Assembly (NCBI GenBank): GCA_949358305.1
Contig: OX442314.1
Coordinates: forward strand, 25,048,001-25,112,000
DNA length: 64,000 bases
Direction of reading: 5' to 3'
Source: Strigamia acuminata
Lineage: Eukaryota
In this document: piece by piece, positions 59,577-64,000 of the stretch
Layout of the letters: the number at the start of each line of letters is the position of its first letter
How positions within the stretch are numbered: the first letter of the stretch is position 1
Program-made: the position numbers and the translations under genes
The notes under the pieces: model-generated
Told to the model about the DNA's origin: nothing
Seen by the model: the letters and a program-made list of their open reading frames with translations, nothing else
Databases searched by the model: none

Positions 59577-61634
59577 TTAGTTGTTTTTGCACAAAAGAAA
59601 TTGTAACAAATGACAGAACTCGTGGTAAATTTATCTGATTTTAGCTGCAGCAAGTATTTTCCTCGTCACTTTCTTTTTTTTTTACTGTATAATTAATCAT
59701 TTATTATCAAACTAAACTATTTCCCTTCACTTTCTATAAATTCCTTTATTCAAAAATGGAAAGTGTTAAAGGAAATAATATGAATAGAAAAAAATTAAAA
59801 TTAAACTTAATAGTAGTTGGCGCATCCCATTCAACGCAGATACGATTTCTCAATTCCAGTCATTATTTAGCAGTGCTAAGCCTAACATAAGGCCTAACGA
59901 TGCTAAATTAGAGTAAATAAACACCAATAAACTCACTAAGAAAAGTGATTTATAGCATTGTTGCTTTATTTCTTTGTGTACAAGAAGCTTGACAATTGTC
60001 ACGTTAAATGTGTGTGCATCAAACTGTTGTGTTGGTGAATTGTTGATTACGCATTATTAATAGCATCAAAATCAAGCTTTTCCTATGGTATTCGAGGTTT
60101 TGCTCAAGCCAGGCAGTCGAGTGTTTTTTTCCGGCAACAGGGGTTGTTCGCTTTTGAGTGAAATGTATTAGATGTGCGAGTGTTTGTGTCCTGTCCAGTA
60201 TGGCTGTGCAGGTGGCTTTTGAACTAACTCTCTTGATTCAATTAAGGTGTGTGCAGCAGCCCTCTCAAAATTGTGTTTACGACCAATGGTCTTAAGGTTT
60301 TACTACTAGATTAAACTCGAGCCGTCATTTGACTGCAGCCCATTTCACTTTAATGGCATTTTGTGGTTCGAGGATTAGCCACCTACTTAATGTCAACTCT
60401 AACCTAATGTGCTGACACTTGAGTTGGTTTCGCTATTGTTTGAACACCTTCTATTGATTTCACTTAATGTTGACACAAAACAGACCGAATGAAATCAATT
60501 CCTACATAATTAAACCAGCATTCGTCCCATAATTCATCATCTTCTTTCTCTTAATTAAAATTATCACAAACATACATTAAAAAGTTTCTTCAAGGGAAAG
60601 GAAAAATTAATTTTTATATGAGTTATGGTGACATCACATGATGTCATTAATCTGGCAAACACTTGAACTAATCTAAACCATTAGGTTGATTGAGCATAAA
60701 ACCTCTTCTACAACCAATTGCCCACCTGGTGGCAGATTTAATAAGCACTTTGTTAGGTGTCATTTACATGCAGGATTATGTTGAAATCTACAAGAGATTT
60801 AATGAGATGTCTCTGTATAAAGTAGTTGAGGAAAGAAGACTAAGAATGCTGTGTAAGATGTTTTTTTTTTTTTACTTTATTTTTGTAAAGGATAAAAAAA
60901 ATTAAAAACATTATTTTATGGATGTTTGTTAGAAATTGAGTTGAGGATGTCAAATTCAGGAAACAAGTGACTGAAGGGGTGCAATAATTACAAAGCCAAA
61001 AGCCAAGCACTTGAAAAAGTATACAATTGGAGTGTTTGGTTTTCACACTAGGGGGTGCTACTCAGGAAGTTTGATAAAAGGTTTTCTGATTGCTCAAGGA
61101 GCGGTTAACAAATAACCACAAATTGCAGTTTAAATTGAAATGTAAATAAAAGTTGTCCCTGAAAATGCCATTCAAACAAATTGCAATTTTGTTGAGACAT
61201 AATTGTTGCAAATTGATGCAGAGATTTGCATTTTTCAAAGGCTGAAGGAACACGTGGATCGATGGATGTTTTGGATGCAAATGTGCAGTATACAACAGTT
61301 GTAACTGATAATAAAGATACTATTTAAATTCTTCAATGCAGAATAACTTTATTTTAACAACTAGAGAAAATTCAATGGTCTAACTGAAACGGCTCGGACT
61401 CCGTTTCGTTTTTCCAACCGGAATTTTCCATATGGTTCAAAAATATATTTTACGATATATTGCCTTTCACTTAATGCATTCCAAAATGTGTAGCCTTTTG
61501 TTGAATTAAGTACGGGTCGGTGGAGCAAAAAATGGTACGTTGGTAATAGCCAGAGTTCTTAACAACGAAGAAAGGTTGTTATAACGGATTAGGTTGTACA
61601 GAAATTATAAAAATCATACGAGTAGTAAAGATAA

Positions 61635-62075
61635 TTTTGGCATTTTTGGGTGTATTTTCTCATGATTTGACATTTTGCATGTATTTTTTTATGATTTTGA
61701 CATTTTACATGTATTTTCTCATGATTTTGACATTTTACATGTATTTTCTCATGATTTTGACATTTTGCATGTATTTTCTCATGATTTTGACATTTTGCAT
61801 GTATTTTGACATTTTACATGTATTTTGACATTTTACATGTATTTTCTCATGATTTTGACGTTTTTAAGAATTTTGTCATAATTTTGACGTTTTTAAGAAT
61901 TTTGTCATGATTTTGACGTTTTTAAGAATTTTGTCATAATTTTGACGTTTTTAAGAATTTTGTCATAATTTTGACGTTTTTAAGAATTTTGTCATGATTT
62001 TGACATTTTTAACAATTTTCTCAAGATTTTGAGGTTTTTAAGTGTATTTTCTTAAAAATCCTGCAAGTTTTGTAC
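61635..62075. repeat. Minisatellite of ~30-bp units (CATGATTTTGACATTTT(A/G)CATGTATTTTCT grading into ATGATTTTGACGTTTTTAAGAATTTTGTC)
   Basis: Tandem units read directly. Confidence 0.92.
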
Positions 62076-62748
62076 TGTCACGATTAATTCTGTTGGTATA
62101 ATTAATTCTAAACAATATCGCGCAAAAACTAATTCGCGCAATAGTAATGGGCAAAGTTCGTAGATTTCCCTAAACGTTGTTTCCTTCAAATGTGGACATC
62201 CAGAAACTCAGGAAACCTAATACTCGCGTTTGACTAACATAATTTATATTGGACAGTTCCTTGCTTACGACGGGTGTTTGTAGGCATAAAAGAATGAAAG
62301 CACGATGATATGAACCTAGAGTGGAAAGGGGATATCATCGGGCAGTGATAATATAAAAGATGTCGGCATTGAAAATAGCGCAATAGGGTTAGATGTAGGA
62401 GCGCTTGTTGAAGGCGCAAATAATAGAGGACTAAATCTAGATGTTACTAAAGGAGAATGGTGTTATCCAGTAGAGAGCATAAGAAGAAGTGATTAAACTT
62501 AGGATGATTGGAAAGAAGAAAACTCAGTCATGTGACTGGTCAGATCAATTAGAGAAGGGGGTGGAAAGGTGAAAATAGGAGTTCAATTGTAGAAATAATG
62601 ATATGCGCATCATCCAGATTGCGCATTCATTAACTGAAGATGAGTAAGCGAGATGAATCATCACGAGTGAGAGAAACAAGAAAATATTATAAGAAATAAG
62701 ATTGGGTTATTCTAAAATAAAAATAGGCGGGTAGACGTGCCCGTGACA
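62076..62748. mobile_element. Solo LTR (673 bp, probably Ty3/Gypsy-type) inserted in the minisatellite
   Basis: TGTCACG...CGTGACA termini and a 4-bp TSD GTAC that splits one 30-bp repeat unit. Confidence 0.85.
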
Positions 62749-62969
62749 GTACATTTTCTTAAAAATCCTGCAAGTTTTGTACATTTTCTTAAAAATCCTG
62801 CAAGTTTTGTATATTTTCTTAAAAATCCTGCAAGTTTTGTACATTTTCTTAAAAATCCTGCAAGTTTTGTACATTTTCTTAAAAATCCTGCAAGTTTTGT
62901 ATATTTTCTTAAAAATCCTGCAAGTTTTGTACATTTTCTTAAAAATCCTGCAAGTTTTGTATATTTTCT
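62749..62969. repeat. 30-bp minisatellite, ~7 copies (GTA(C/T)ATTTTCTTAAAAATCCTGCAAGTTTT)
   Basis: Near-perfect tandem units; they generate the spurious repetitive ORFs at 62707-63162. Confidence 0.95.
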
Positions 62970-64000
62970 CAGTTGCTTTCACATTTGCATTCATATTTGA
63001 CAAATAATAGTATTGCAAACTCATTTCATTACACATTTTACAAATTGTATTATCATTTGCAATCCAATAGCATCTGTTACAAAATGCATTCTCGTGAAAC
63101 CTAATGCATTTCAAAATACATTGCAATACATTGCAATATAATTGCAATGTATTTCTCAACAATATGGGTTAAAGGCGGGTGTTAGACCATTGAATTTTCG
63201 CCAGATAATGAATGAAGAGATTTATAAATAGAAGTTTGTTACCAATTTTTTTTTAAATGCTAAAAAATTAATTTAAACTGGTACAATCTTTTTTTTAGTT
63301 TTAATTTTTTAGTTTTAATTTTTTTTTCGTAAAAATTTCTCATTAACCTTCTTAATCTATGAGCTGTCTGAAGAAAATACTTTAATTAAAATTTCTACAC
63401 ACTTTTTTTGAGATGGTGAAAAATCTCGTGTCAACTTAACTGATTTTTAGCTCTAACCTGATACTCAGAAAAAAAATGTTTTTTTTTTAACCTTTCCCAC
63501 AAAGAAATAACAACTTTTTACTTCTTTTTTTTAAAAAAAAAAAGTGACATCAACTAAGTGTTTCTATTAATGCTAATTTAGACAGAAGAGTGTTGGATTT
63601 AAAAAAATAATAATAATATGAAAATAGTAGTTATCTTATCATTAGAGTTTATTGAGCCCTTCATTTTGCTTGACCATACATCTCCAGGCATGCGAAAACT
63701 TCTCGGCTGAGCGCCCATTTATACAAGGGAAACCAATCAGGAAAGAATTAATGTGATTAACAGAAAAAGTCTTTTACAGTCAAGGCGAATTACATATAGT
63801 CCAATGAACAATGATGCAAGAAAAGTTATAAAAATGGGGTAAAACAAAAGAAAGTGTGTTATCGGTTCTTGAAAAAAGTTTTGAGTTGTTTATTTATTGT
63901 TGTAGTTTGAGTTTGTTTTAAAGACACTAAATTGTCCATTAACACATCATTTTGATATATTGCGCTGCATTGTTGTGAGTTGGGTAGCTATGTTTGTTTT

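Noticed and set aside
61637..63162. Repetitive ORFs (ILTFYMYFLM, KTCRIFKKMY) and a superficially CRISPR-like periodicity
   Set aside because: Head-to-tail 30-bp minisatellite without unique spacers; eukaryotic context and no cas genes.

Overview
AT-rich eukaryotic (invertebrate, probably arthropod) genomic DNA with short GT-AG introns, most of which the ORF track misses. The first 11 kb (+ strand) hold two tandem paralogous secreted 6-Cys proteins, an 8-exon acid lipase, a small secreted Cys peptide, a 6-exon TMEM72-like membrane protein and a decayed partial copy of it. From 17.9 to 59.6 kb the - strand carries a tandem array of 26 loci of one small secreted Cys-rich peptide family that I cannot assign to a named family. 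Sixteen loci are intact; the rest are pseudogenes, orphan exons or a chimera. Each is built from a 6-nt first coding exon (ATG AAR|GT) plus one exon encoding a signal peptide and a ~45-aa core, C-x2-C-x2/3-C-x4/5-C-x2-GY-x5/8-C-x1/4-C-x1/2-CC-x-C-x2-C. The array is heavily invaded by transposons: an intact BEL/Pao LTR retrotransposon (identical LTRs by eye, tRNA-Phe PBS), a long-TIR Tc1 relic, solo LTRs (two inside the array, a third just beyond it), a DINE-1/HINE-like element and many MITEs. One nested TIR element carries a captured MAN1/LEMD3 fragment next to a ~210-bp-arm hairpin. Paralogue comparisons also show apparent transposon excision footprints (one in-frame inside a peptide exon) and a probable insertion-derived intron gain. 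All gene models were spliced and translated by eye; no database searches were run.
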